NCBI RefSeq assembly: GCF_024521635.1
Contig: NW_026250412.1
Coordinates: 248,001-312,000 of the forward strand
Reading direction: 5' to 3'
Origin: Tricharina praecox
Lineage: Eukaryota
Length of the DNA: 64,000 nucleotides
Numbering within the stretch: the first letter of the stretch is position 1; each line of letters begins with the position of its first letter. The translations under genes were made by a program, and so were the position numbers. The notes beneath the pieces are model-generated. The model did no database searches and was not told where the DNA came from. It worked only from the letters and a program-made list of their open reading frames with translations. Below, piece after piece: positions 1 to 15,164 of the stretch.

Positions 1-817
1 CGCCCGTCTAAATCTATCAGTCACTGTCACAAACTTCTTCCCATAGCGACAAAACAAGAACACAAAGAGCCAATAGTGGGGTGGGTGATGAGAGTGGAGA
101 AAACCTACCCTCGCCAATGAGGAAGAAGATATCTCTGGTGGTGATGTTGATGTCCTTGAGCACAATCACGTCCTCGCGTTCCGCGATTTCTTCGGCGACA
201 ATCATCTTCCACCGATCGCGCATCACCGCATGGATGACATCCGGCTTCCTTGTGTACCGGCGGTGTTCCGGTGGCGTAGTGGTATCCTCTGGCAGCGAAC
301 TCTCAAAGTAGTCCTGCAACTGCGTCATGTTGAACGCATGGGACAGCTGGTTGTAAAGTTGATCGTATCGCTGTTGCGACACCCGTGGCTCGAGAGGTCT
401 GGCCAGCGATATCTCCATCTTGGTGGCATCGAGCAATGCCTCCATCTCGTACGTGAGCACCGCATTCGACAGATTCGCCAGCTGCAGCTTATCCAGCGGC
501 GAGATAGTAACCTTCGGTGCTGTGTATTTCGGCCGTGGCGGGGCGAGGACAAGGAGCTCGTGGCCGGAATCTCCTACTCTTTTCCCAGCGTATTCTTTTA
601 TGGGGTTGCCGATTTTCGTCAAGGTGGGCCCGCCAACATTGCCGCCGCTGACGGTGGGGGTAGCATCGTGATCATCGGCAGGAGAGTGGTGAGAATTCGC
701 TGCTGTGGTATACCGCAGTGCTGCGCCGATGCGGGTGGGCGTCCGGAACGTCGCGTATGCAGAGCGGGCGTGGCAGCGGCAGCATACTGCGAACAAGGAG
801 CCTGTTGTTGGTGGCAT
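1..817 (-). CDS. SLS1-like mitochondrial inner-membrane-bound regulator, 5' part (gene runs off the left edge)
   Basis: ATG at 817, in frame with ORF 17..925, gives an Arg/Ser/Thr-rich presequence-like N-terminus (MPPTTGSLFAVCCRCHARSAYATFRTPTRIG). The segment YDQLYNQLSHAFNMTQLQDYF...AVMRDRWKM resembles the fungal SLS1 N-terminal domain as I recall it. Intron 108..8 (GTAGGT...CTGAT...TTAG) joins GE|DGR. Confidence 0.55.
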
Positions 818-1071
818 ATGAGATCGTTCAAGTATTGTAGAACCACCGCCAGGAGAAAAGTTTGGGATGTAAATTGTCCCCACTAGCGCCGATGCGGGAG
901 GCGTCTGGGCAAACGTAATCCACACGATTTATCACTCGTGCACAGGATAATCCCCGACGCTCGGAATTCTTCAGGCATGCTTCCATGGCCGGAATTGCCC
1001 GAATACAAAATCGATGAGAAAAAAAGCTCTTTGAGCACACTTATAAGAATTATGTAGTTCAATGGATTGAC

Positions 1072-2189
1072 CTAAGACAACGCAACAAGCTCATTCCCCA
1101 GAATCCCAAACGCGGTCCAACGTCCAGTCCTCCCCCCGATCCTATCCGCCACAATCTCGAAGACCGTGCCCTCATCAACCGTGCTCCTTGCCCCTCTCCT
1201 ACCATATCTCTCCTCGTTGGGCTCATATGGATGTCTCGAAAGCAAGATATGGAGGTCAGCCCCGTAAGAGAACGTTGATCCATTCAAGAACCTCAGCGAC
1301 GAATCAGCAAACACACTCGGCAGTGTGCTATGCTTGAACGCAAATCTAGGATGAAAGTTTGGCGTGTCAGGAGGGGTGGTAGTATGGGGTGTATCGTTTA
1401 GCAACAATACAGCGATCCCGTAGGTCTTCACCAGCACCGCAAAACTGCGGAGAACCTCCACAAGCATAGCCTGGCCTGCACGGAGCCCAGCACATCAGCA
1501 CATACGCCCCTCCCCCGCATCCATCGGTGGGGGAAAGGAAACATACCCTGAAGCTGGCTCTTATTAACCATCGTCGCATACAGCAGCGTGACGTTATCGA
1601 CAACCACCAACCTCACGCCGCGCTTGGTCCTCTCATACGGCACCTCGCGCCCACCATCCCCCTCCTCGTCCTCCGACTCCCCCTCACTATCAGGCACAAC
1701 GTTACTCTCCCTCTGCCGCGTGCGGTGATCATCTCTGATCTCATCGATCGTCTCGACGAGGCCCTGGAGATCGAAGACGCGGGTGATCTTTGCCCGCTCC
1801 AGAAGCGAAGTGGCGACCTCTTGTGACGGAGATGTGGCAAAAATGATTTCCTTGAGCGTTTCGCCGGGGAAATTCCCCGTCGTGTCCACCCATATCGCTT
1901 CGGTAGTCGGGTCCGAGAGGATATGTGAGGAGAAGGTGTGCAGCGCTATCTGGTGGCTGATGTTAGCAACGACATGGCAGTAAAGTGGGACGAGTCAGAT
2001 TCGCACCAGTGTTCGTGACGGCGGATGTGAGCCGGAGATAGTGGTAATCGAACCATAGGGGAATCCGCCCATAAGGACATCGTCCACCGGTTTGCAGGAA
2101 GTAGAAAGGGAACCCCACGCCGCCGGGCGGACTTCAGATAACCTGAGCAAAGAAGATGCGAGGGAAGGTTTTGAAAATGATGCAGCCAT
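1072..2189 (-). CDS. RecA/Rad51-family paralog (RAD51D-like), ~329 aa, 3 exons
   Basis: Exons 2189-2007, 1949-1547 and 1475-1072. Introns 2006..1950 (GTGCGA..GCTAAC..CAG) and 1546..1476 (GTATGT..CAG) join in frame. RecA-fold motifs: LSTSCKPVDDVLMGGFPYGSITTISG, AIWVDTTGNF, ITRVFDLQGL, Walker B RLVVVDNV, GIAVLLLN. Confidence 0.75.
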
Positions 2190-2573
2190 GATAGCGTCAG
2201 GTGGAGTCTAGTATGCAAAGCACAGTGCAGAGAACATGGCTGACGTGCATCGTGACCAGTCGATGTATCCTTACCCGGTATAATAGGAAAGTAACTACAT
2301 TGCGGGCTCCCTTTTAAACTTTCACGATGATTCAATTCACGTGTAAGGTTTCAGATTCACAGAGGACGTAGATCAGGTGGAACACTTCCAATTAACCCCG
2401 AAAAAATGATTCGATCATTTCTCATTCAGAACAAAAGAAAACCCCAACCCATGGCCAGCCAACTTTTATCACAAGAACACCAGAAATACCCCGCCCCAAA
2501 TACCCAGAAGAAAATTACTTATTTCCTGTAGAGGTTAGAAAGATGCAAAAGAAGGAATGAGACTCGAAGAAAC

Positions 2574-4359
<1,786 letters not shown>

Positions 4360-4446
4360 TTTGAAGGTTGGATGTGGTGAGTGTAGATGTGTTGGTTTTG
4401 GGGGGTATGTGATGATACTCAGAAGAACGTAGGCTTGTTCGGTATG

Positions 4447-4546
4447 CTGTATTCAATCAGTTGCTGACCAAAGCAGACGAGTTGCGAGTTGAAGCAGGAG
4501 AGAAGAAGAAGTGCGAATAGTTGGGGGTGGGGAAGGAAGTACTCAC
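4447..4546 (-). other. Probable 5'-UTR intron of TEF1
   Basis: Minus-strand GTGAGT donor at 4546, CTGAT branch and TACAG acceptor at 4447, lying between the TATA box and the ATG. Confidence 0.65.
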
Positions 4547-4605
4547 AGTGACAAGGAGAGAAGAGAGAGAAAGGGAGGGAGGCGGGTGTTGTGAAGGAAG
4601 CGGGG

Positions 4606-4611
4606 TTTATA
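4606..4611 (-). promoter_or_regulatory. TATA box of TEF1
   Basis: TATAAA on the minus strand, followed by a CT-rich tract (GA-rich on +, 4555-4600) typical of strong fungal promoters. Confidence 0.6.
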
Positions 4612-7600
4612 AGTAAAAACCACTGTGCCCCTCACTGCCAAGGCGAGTCACAACAGACCTTAGCGCAAGCACGGCGGAAAAAAAAAGGTTTTCTTGGACC
4701 CCCGCTAGCGTTCGACTGCCTAATCTGGCCACGACAGCGGCGAAAAAATAAAAAAGCCAAAAAATAAATTAGCTTGGATGCCTCACTCAAAAGAACAGCC
4801 CGCACAGAAGTTTGTGACTGCATATTTCGACAGCGAGCCTCAACCCTGGCTAGGTGGGGGTGCGTGCTCTCGCCGAAACCTACGCCCGCTGTTTCCGATG
4901 GGCGAACGCACACGGAAAATTTTGGGAGTTCGCAGCTGCTCAGCCAGACCCTAACCCTCAACCAACGCCATGTCAACAAAAGAAAGACGGCGATGTAGAG
5001 CATTTTCATCATCGGTCGTGAAGTCCGCGCAGGCGTAGGCGTCTCTGTGTGGTCCACAAACGCTTGCTCCTCTCCGCCGTCCTCGAATTCCCTCGAATAC
5101 GCACCAAGCAATATCTAGCCCCTCCGACGACCCCTCATTATTCAAGTTTCCCCTACACGGAATCCTCGGATAGTCCCTCGAACTCCTCTAGCGTCACGAT
5201 CATATCTATATCCCTGCACTGTCCCGGCCTGCCTGCCTTTGCCCTGCCCATCTTCCAGTCTCCGCCTTATGTGTCTCCTTAGTGCCTCCAGAGTAGTGCA
5301 CCTTATGCTAGCGAAAGCCCTCTGAGATGCGGGATTCCAGGCGCCCGCTCGCGTCCGATCGTAGCCGCGCGAATAGTGCATGCTGTAGGCACTTTATCTC
5401 GTAAGGTTGTACACGAATACCGCTTTGTGTCGTCGAGTTCTTCATGACCGATCACACCGTATATACCGGGGAGCGTTTGCTCAAGCGCCCGCTGTCGAGC
5501 GCAGATCCTCGTAGCTTTCCGTCCGCAACCTCGCCGCTCCCCAAACTCAGCGTAGCGATTGACCGGGAACCTGGGGATGGACCGTTCCGCATGATTTTGT
5601 GACGTTAGCACATACCTTGTACATGCCGTGTCGACTCACTTGTGTGCCATGATGAGCCATAATCAACAAGCATACTTTCATTGAGCGTTTTATCGAGCGG
5701 ATTTGGTTCATCCGTTGGAGAGTCTCCAGCTTAGAGTAGAGTCATAGGTACCTGGCTGGCTCTTGCTGTTGCTGCCTTCTCATCTCTACGGGGAGACTCG
5801 TCAACAAACTCGTATCGAGGTCCGTTTCAGACGTTCGCCGGTTATCCGCAGCCTCCAGACCAAATACTCGTATACCTTAAAACGGAGCATGTCAATTGAC
5901 CTCCAGACTTCCACCGACAGCGAACTTCGATAAAGCTTTACGCCAATCACAAAGGTACAATTTATGTTGTGCTATCGTGACGAGTATAGTAAACTTTGAC
6001 TTTGGGTCATTTTCAAGAGGTCTATCATCAAAGACAGTGGTCGCTTCTTGCCACTGGATTCTCGCTTCTCACGGTATGTCCTTCTCGGCAGTGAGTCAGA
6101 CTGATCTCTGGCATGACTTCAGCCTAGATGGCACCACAGATATCTACTGCTCCCCCGCTGACGAGCTCTTCCGCTGCGGAGCCGCGAGCGGATACCTGCT
6201 TCATAGTTATTGAGAATTGGGATTTCTTCGAGTCCCCATCTAAAAGATCCAGATGGAGCCTACGTCATCATACGCACTTGCCTATATCACTTCCGTACCA
6301 GCTGTATCCTCGAAGCAGAAATACCATCGGCGCTGCAAGCAACCGTAGAGTAACAGGAGAACAATGCACCAGCCATAATGACCAACGCTCGACATGTTAC
6401 TATTATTGTAGCTATTGTCACCAAGCCGAATCCGATCTCTCAGAACATCTTCACGCTCAAGGACGTCAACGATACTCCAGAAGTAGGGGGTTGAAGTTGA
6501 GAGCTCACTTCTGCTATTAAAAATCCTACCCAGGGGTCCTTCCTCCTCCTTAATCGATTCTTGCCTCCGCAAACAGCCAACATCTCCACCTCTGGCAGCC
6601 AGCAAAACTTGAATTCCTTCTGAAGTGCCGAGTATCATGTGGCGGGCTGTCAATGTAGGGGACGGAGACCATGAGTTCACTTGTTGAACGAGAATCCTTC
6701 AGCAAATGCGAGTGCGAGTGCTGAGAATCACCTTTTCTCGAAGTATGACTCAAAAGAATACGATATTGCTGAAAGTCAAAAGATATATGGATACTTGCTT
6801 ACTTAGGTATGTAGTGAATCTACACAATAAAACATCCATAGGACATACATGCCCATACGGCTAATTGATCTCCAGGTCACTCTGAACGGATACCTGGGAT
6901 TGGTGACTCACACGGAAGCCTCGGCCACGGGTTCTAATCCAGACAGGCGACGTAACCTGGAATTCTGCCGGCCGCATGAATGGATAATCCCGAGCCGGAA
7001 GCTGAACTGAAGGGGGTATGTGTAGCATGACTTCGCAATAATCAGGAGTTTCCCTATTACCGTCGTCATCTCCTTTGCTCCGTAGAGAAAATCTCACTCG
7101 CCGATTGACCTTGATATGGCGACGCTAACGCCCTCCATCGGATGATCGGTGATGTTGCCCGCATATCACCAGCAACAATATCGCCGTCATGTCCCAGCAC
7201 TCACCGCAGATCTTGTCCCATCAACTCACATCAGTTCCCAATCCAGACACGGTGCCTGCCTTCACCAATCGAACAGTACAAACAAGCCCGAAAATAGAAC
7301 CCTGAGTTGTGTGGGACGCGCGGCAGCCTGCGAGTCGGCAGGTGTAAAAACGGCGTGGGGCACTCGGTGTACACTGTACCCAACTGCGGGGTAAGTGTGC
7401 GGAAAGTGATGACATTCGTCGGCATCGGTAATCATGGCCGTAAGATACCGGGACTAGTTCGACCCCGCATAGACGTTGAGCGTTACTCCTACTTGATGTG
7501 AAGATCTCACCTCGTTTCAATGCTTTTAATCACGACTTCTCACGCGTGAGACGAGTGACATTACATGTACAACTCCAATTCGGTGCTGCGAAACACTATC

Positions 7601-7639
7601 GGCAGTCGCAATGGTGTGGTGGGTGCAAGCTCACAAAGT

Positions 7640-7760
7640 GTTTTTTTATTTAATCGGTGTTTGTTTAATCGTTGTTTTTTACTAGTTGATTGTTTAATCG
7701 TTGATTGTTTACTCGTTTTTTACTCGTTTTTTTACTCGTTTTTTATTCGTTGTTTGTTAG
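7640..7760. repeat. T-rich degenerate tandem repeat (TTTAATCGTTG / TTTACTCGTTT units)
   Basis: Visible directly as repeated ~11-nt units in a strongly T-skewed tract. Confidence 0.7.
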
Positions 7761-10700
7761 CAACCCACATGTGAGAACAACTCTATGCTCTTGTCGAGTT
7801 CGCACGAGTCAACGTTTATGAGTAGCCGGTCTGTCAAAGAGAAGATTGGGTTGCTCGTTCTTTGTCTGAGGGTAGGCACTCCGTTATTCGATGCCCACGA
7901 TGGAATGGTTAGCGAAGTATATAGTCCAACCAGTACAAGTCTCGGGGCAATACTCTACCCATTTCGTCCAACGAGCCGCGGTGTGTCCTTGAGTATCGAG
8001 TACCTCCCTCCCCACCTAGCAATCACTACATACGCGATTCGAGATTGGGAATCTGCAAGGCGATATGTATTATGTGCATACCAATCGACGTCGAAAGTCA
8101 AACAGACATGATCACCTCAGAGCTTACATGATGGCGAGGAGATCCATCCATCCACCGACCATACGGACAACTCCCGATCTCGCGGACGTCGACCCGGCAG
8201 CTCACGAGTGACGAACCATGATCCGCCCTGTTTCGGAGCTGACACCGATGCATACATCCGCAGCTACCTATTCCGTACCGCGCATGGACAATGCCCGATC
8301 CTCCGTTTCGGAGTCTCTCCCTCAATTTCACGTTCAGCCGCAGCCCCCACTTGGGCCCCTTCCAGCCTCCAGGCAGTCGTAGAGTATGAGGTACCAATGT
8401 ATGTACTCTATGTACTTGCGTAGAGTCATCGAATTCCCCGCCCTTCCTCTCACTCACTCCTTTCTCTCTCTCCCCACTCGCCACCGCCACGGGCTGCCCG
8501 GTCGATACGATAAGGCATCAGCATCAGCATCCCCTCGCACCCCCCCCCCCCAGCCCCACCCCCGCGATCTTCGCAATCGCTAGCGTCACGACCCCAACAA
8601 CCAAATCAGGGGTGTGTGCGCTATGCATGTCCGGCGGCTATGAGGATTGGCACACCAACAAGTGTGGAAGATGTGCATGTGTGCATAAACAAGCAGGTTT
8701 TCAAAAGCCGAAGGTGCGAGTGCGAGTTACGGCCGGTCGGTTGATGCAGGGACGTATTTTAGAGAACGACGGGGGAGAGAGAGACAGAGGGAAAGAGAGA
8801 GAGAGAGAGAGGGAAACAGAGAGGGAGGGAAATAATCGTCACGAGCGAGCGTGAGGGGTCGAGCGGATGGCGATCGGGTACCTACTTCTTGCGTACCGCA
8901 AAGGATCCTTATGCTCAGCCTTATGGGGGAGGAGGGTGCGAGTTTGTTCAGCACCGATGGCACTCTACGTAATCATTGTGCCGACAAGATGGATCCACGA
9001 TAGGCCCTTGGCGTCGAATCAGATGGCGACTCTTTGCCCCGTTTCACGGATGTCTTTTTTATGCGGCCGCTCGAGATATTTATTTAGACCGGTTGCATAT
9101 CAGAGCAGATCGTCCAGGTGACATGAGCCTTAGACAGACCATGTAGCAGAAGTATCCCAACAACCATAAAGCCATCAAAGTCCTTTAGTGTACACTAGTG
9201 ATAGCAGACAATGAGCTTCCTGTACGTGGAATCGACGCGATGCGTGTGATGATGGATTGGCGTTCAGACGATTGATCGATTGGCGTGTATCTCGGTATAG
9301 AAAGAAGAACCACAAGAGAGTCTGCTCCTGCGCTGCTCGTCTCCACCCACTACATATGCTAAGAAAACACTAAACGTTCGACTCCTAGGTACTTTACTCC
9401 AATCTAACCCTCCACAACGAGTAGCATGGGGTGACGAAACGATCGTGTCTTGACACCACCACGCCACAACACCACGACCATCGAAAAGAACGATAGACGG
9501 CACGCGAGAGTAGCTACCACCCAAGAGACAGTTGAGTAGGCTCTCGGATAATCCCATCGGCCGGGAATCGCTGTGGGGCGGTCGTTTTACGGGCGCCAAG
9601 CCTCATCATTCCGTGCACCCATGCTAACTAATACTCGTCTGACGGCCAACCTACTAGTAGCCGCGCCTTGCGCGGCAGAATAGCAATGAGACAACATCGC
9701 AGATTCCCAGGTGTCACCGGAAGAAAAAGTGCGAGAAGGAAAGGGGGTTATTTCTCAAAGGAATGCGGAGATGCTCCAAGCACCCCCGTTTAGCCCCTAT
9801 CACGCAGAAACTGTCGATGTCGGGTTCCGGGACAGTGTCGGATGTCCTGACAGTGGCCGCGGGGAATGCCGCGTTTGCCGCCTACTGCTCGCGCTTGGCC
9901 GGCGCTCCCCGAATCCCCCGATCTCTACAGTCAATTCTCCGTTTTGCATCGTTTTACAATACATACAATACATATCCTCCCGTGAGGTAACAGGTTTCGT
10001 CCTCGCGGCTACGACGGCAGCCTTCCATCCGTCTGTCGTAGGATGCGGCATACGGCTTTGATATCTCAGCCCTCCGAGTTGGTAACTTGGCATGTCATTT
10101 TCCTACATAGGAGCTCGCAGCGCGCCTGGATTATTCGGTGCATGTTGATGTCGCTGAGTGTGTTCAGCCAAGTAGGCGTAAAGGATGGGAATGAGATGGG
10201 AGTGCAAAAGCTCAACGCTCAGCGCCTAGCGCTGGGGGGACTGGAAGGCTGGAGGAGGCTGGGGCCGTGGATTTGGGTGTTGAGTGCGCGCCTCCCCACC
10301 TCACCTCACACAACAGCGCTTGGGAGTTGGTTGCAATTTGCAATTTGCTTGTGATCGAGAGGCTGCGATTGAAGGACGCGGGCATGTTCGGTTTCCAGGT
10401 ATCGTACCAAAGTGTTGATGAAACGGGGCAGCTATCTTAAGCTACTTCCTGACAACCTTAATCTCTTACTTGGTACCACCAAGTCCTTCAGCGCAAGTTA
10501 GGAAGCTGTGTGCATAGTAGTCCGAAATCGAGTGATACCGGAAATGGGACAAGCGATCCTTCCGACGTCTACCGTAGTGTTCCGGATCGATGTGCATACA
10601 CCCCGGCAGTCTCCGAGACGCCGCCGGCTTCATTCCGCCAGGTGATCGTCGCCGCCGGCCGGCCGTACAGTGTGTTTCTAAGACTTACATAAGATCTCCG

Positions 10701-10964
10701 TGAATCCATCAAGATTTACGGCCCTGGACCCTGGTTCACACCTATTCTTAACAGCCATCGGTGTCAACCCTAAAGTCTAAACCCCCACCCGACAAACCCC
10801 AAGCCGACGAAATGGGCGCTCTCCAGAGTCTATCACCGTCACCGTTACCGTGCCGCGTTCGTTCATTCGTTTGCTCGTGCCCATCACTACTATCATTACT
10901 CTACTCTATGTACCTAGAGTAGAGTACACGGCAAGCCGCTAGTTAACACCCCGTGGTGACGACT

Positions 10965-11000
10965 GACGAGGGATTGACGAGGGATTGACGAGGGATTGAC
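10965..11000. repeat. (GACGAGGGATT)x3 tandem repeat
   Basis: Three perfect 11-nt units. Confidence 0.85.
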
Positions 11001-14000
11001 CTGAGAGGTGCGCGCCAAGGCTATCAACTTTCAACTTTCAACTTTCAAGATTGCTGCACACTGCACAGTGCAGAATGTTATTCCCAAAGTTAGGATATAG
11101 TTGGTACTCTGGAGTCTATGTAAAGTCTATCGCTCGACAGATTCCAGATTCCAAAATCGAACCTACTTCGAGGAATGATGGATCCTTGGCACCTGGATGG
11201 GTACCGGGCGTTCTCAGTTCCAAGCTCCAAGTTCTGTCACATTTCCTGACTCATGTGGCATTAATTTATTTTTACTTTATTTGGCTGCTCATGATATTTA
11301 TTTTTAGTCGACCGGCCGCCTTGGAAGTTGGGCCTTGGAAGTTAAAAGTTGAAAGTTGACGTTCGAAGGCTTGGAGGCTTGGAGGCTTGTATGTAAGCTT
11401 GGATTCTGGAGGCTTGGACTCTTATGGAGCAGGCTGCAGATCCCTTCCGAATGCCACGGGATTTTGGAACGGACTGTTCTTTCGGAGCCAAGAAACCACA
11501 GTCAGACTCAGGCGCGGACCCGGGAAAGTAGCGCACCCGCATATATACGAGCGGATGTACGGTGCCTAGAGTACGGTAGAGTCCGGTATCTGCCCCTCTT
11601 TACTGGCCCCCGCGCGGCCGGCTGGTACCGGTGGGTACTTAGGTCGGTGCTTAGGTCGGTAGGTCGGTAGGTCGTATGTACAGTAATATCGGGCCTCCGG
11701 TGGTAAAAGAGGAGGAGAGGAATTGTCATATCCGGCCTGGGATGTGAGAAGAGAAGAGGCCCAGGGGAGGGAGCGGGGTCGGGGTCGAGGGAAGCATGAG
11801 ACCAGTAGGTATTGGTCGGTTTACTGTTGGCGTGGGACTAGGAGACGCGGGACTAGGAGACGCGGAAGACGACGGGAAGCGGGGCGGGAAGCGGGGAGCG
11901 CGGCTGACACCGCGCTATTCCTAGTATATCTCCTCGAGATCCACCCAGATCCATCCATACCTGCAAGGCTGCACCATTGTAGGCTTACGCAGGGAAGCGT
12001 GTACCTATCATACCAAGATTGAGCCCGAAAGACCAATCCCAACCGCCGGCGTTTGCCACTTTACCACTTTACCTTTTTTGGGGTTCCGGGTCTCTGAGTC
12101 TGAGGCTTGAGCTTTCGTCTGATCTCGGCAGCTTGAACTTCGAGAAATAGACACGGTAGGCACGGTAATCTGCGGAGAAAGTGAAGATTGTGGATTGGTC
12201 AGCCAGCCAGCCAGCCCGCCAGCACAGTCAGGCGTGGCTTCGGCTCCGGATATCGATCATGGATGGCTCGCATGCATACACGGTCATATGGGATACGGTA
12301 GGTACCTGACTATCACAGAATGAGTACCTAGATAAATCTAGATGGATGGAAGAGTTCATGGGGGGGGGAGGGGAACAGCATGCGGGATGTACCTAGAACC
12401 CACTGCACTGCGCAGAGCAGAGCAAAAGTGTTATTTCACCGCCAGCGCTCGCCGCAAGCGCTGGCTGTCTTGTCCAGTGGTTCTCAATCATCCAGTCAAC
12501 TCGTCCGCGGCGATTCCATCCAGGACTGACTAATTGTGCACTTTCGTTCGCTCCGTTCGTTCGCTCCGTTCGCGATGTACCTATCCGGCAACTCTTAGAA
12601 CTCTTGAGGTTTGACTTCGCAAGTGTATGGGGAGCGGCTGAATAATGGATTCTGGATTTTGGAAGGCTGAGATGTCTGATGCGGCGCCTGAAGCGCCGCC
12701 GCTGGGGAGCGTGATTGTGTATGTGCTGGTACTTCCAGGGCCCGGTTTCGGTGACGCTGGGTGTATTGGGCAATGGGTGCTCCTATGATTAGGTACCGGT
12801 GCTGCGCAGTGTGTTGTGCGGAGACGCGTTAGCTGATTGGGAGGTTGGAAAAGGTACAATACATAGGATCGCATACTGAATCGCCATTGCGATGCCGCTC
12901 CACAGTACGGTAGGGCGCTAAAAGCTGTTTTCACTCGACAACCCAGCTGAGGATGTAGATATGGCAGGTAGGTACAAATCTTCCCCGACAGCCCCCAGCG
13001 CAGCACCTGTGTTCGAAGCTACATAGAAACACTTGGTACGATACCCCGGGTCCATGATCCATCGATGACCGGCACCTCCGTTGTTGCACCTCCGTTCGTG
13101 CGCCACAAACGGACGCTGACGCCGATCGATGTGGCACAGCGTGGCAAACACCTCGGTCCTCGAACGCCGTATGTACTACGGACCACGGTATGTGTGTAGT
13201 CCACACACCTCCCGTAAGAGACTCGTCACTCGGATAGATGAAACCGTGCCTATGCCCTACCGATCAGCATCCAGAATCCAGGGCCGACCAACGGGTGGAC
13301 GGCGAATGACGGTCCAGGTAGGAAACACATGGAGGGCTGTGGCGGCGGTGGAGGCGGCGGCGACGGTGGCGGGGAAAGCCGAATTGAGGCGAGTGAGGCA
13401 GCAAGGCCGATGGGGCAGTGGCGGTAGTAACTAAGGCTGGAGCCCCACGCCACGGCGATCACCGGGATCCCATGGCTTGTATTGTACGTGTGTAGAGTAA
13501 GTAATTTCTGCTCATGTGCATGTGCACTGTGCAGGCGGCAGCAGGCCGGAACACGTATGTGAGTATTTATGTGTGTAGAGTACGGCATGTAGGCAAACCA
13601 CGGAGACGTCGGGATGTTTGTTTGTGCTGTTTGTGCAGTTCGAATTCGAGTGGATCGGGGAGGGAGGGAGGGAGGGAGAAGTTGCCCTGCCTGCTAGATA
13701 GGCTCGGGGGCCGCGGCAGAACCGCAAGCAGCAACTCCTGCCGCCGCCAGCTCGACTAGATGTAGCTCGAAACGAATGATCTCCGTGAAACCCTGAGACA
13801 AAACGTCTCACCGTCATCGTCATCGAAATCGTCATCGGATTCGGATTCGTTATCAGCCTTCGAGAATGATGATGGGGCAGATGAAGATGCTCAGCCCTAC
13901 ATAGACGGTGGATACACAGAATAATGTGTAGTGTTTGTACTGATGTATTGCACGTACGTATTCGGGGTGGCTATTATTTATGCTTCCCGCTGTCCGACAG

Positions 14001-15164
14001 TCCGAGCGTTTGACGGATGGGGGCCGCATGTACAACATATCGATGCGATGGTTTCTATTCGGTCGAAAACGGCGGGTTTGGAAACCAGAGTCACAAACCG
14101 TGAGACGTTTGGCGATGGGGGGAAGGAATGGAGGATCGGAGTGCGCCACGCAGTGCCTCGGGCAGTGGACACTGGACACCGGACACTGGACGGATCTATA
14201 GATGGACGGATCTATAGAAAGCTGCTCCGTGCCTGTTTCCGTTTCCGTTTCCTCGTCATGGTCCCCGGAAAGTCGAACGGCGAGTCATGTCCGCCGCGTG
14301 TCCTGCCGAAGAGTGTTTCCGTTGACGGCACCGGGCCCCCGGTCAAAGTCTTCACGAGAGGCATAGTACAGTAGGGCCGGTACATATATCCTCCCACGCT
14401 GCCGCGGCTGTTTGACGATAGGTGCGGTGCAGTGCGGTGTGTGCGTGCTGTCCTGGTACCACCCACTTGGTTACTGCTATGATAGTGGAGTAACCAAGTG
14501 CCAGCCACAGCAAGTTTCCCACTTACGACAAACTTAGTAATACACATACAATGCGTGCCGATAGCATGGGCAGCGCACACATGCATCGAGGATACGAAGG
14601 CTGTAGTGAAGATTGTAGACGTTTCTTGCATAGTGAACATGTAGGACAGAAGGGAAGCGGTTAGAACACCTTTTTTTCCTTTCTTTTTTTCTTTCTTTTT
14701 TTCTTTCTTTTTTTCTTTCTTTTCTCGTTCTTTTTTTTCTTCCCCTTCTTTGCTTTTCCGCTTCTCGATTGAATTTGGCTGGCTTCCCCTCTTCCAGAGT
14801 GGTCGCGCGTGAAAGGGAGGTGCAGCAATCCTGAACAAACATGAAACCTTAGCGCCGAAAAACCGGAGACGCACGAGTGGCAAGGCGCATGGCGTTATTC
14901 CCCAACTGGCCGCAGACGACTGTCGGGAATTTCGCTGAGTGGTGGGAGGGCCGGACAGGGGTGCGCTGGGCTGCTGCTATTTCGGGCACACCAACAACTG
15001 GTGCGGATGAGAGCATTCGCTAGCCACGAGATGGCCGACGCAGAGTACGAGCGCGCAGAGGAGGGGGAGAAGAAGTAGAAGAAGAAGAAGAAGAAGAGGA
15101 AGAAGAAAGAGGAGACAGAAGGGGGGAGGAAAGAGGAAAGAGGAAGGAGGAGGGAATTGATGGA

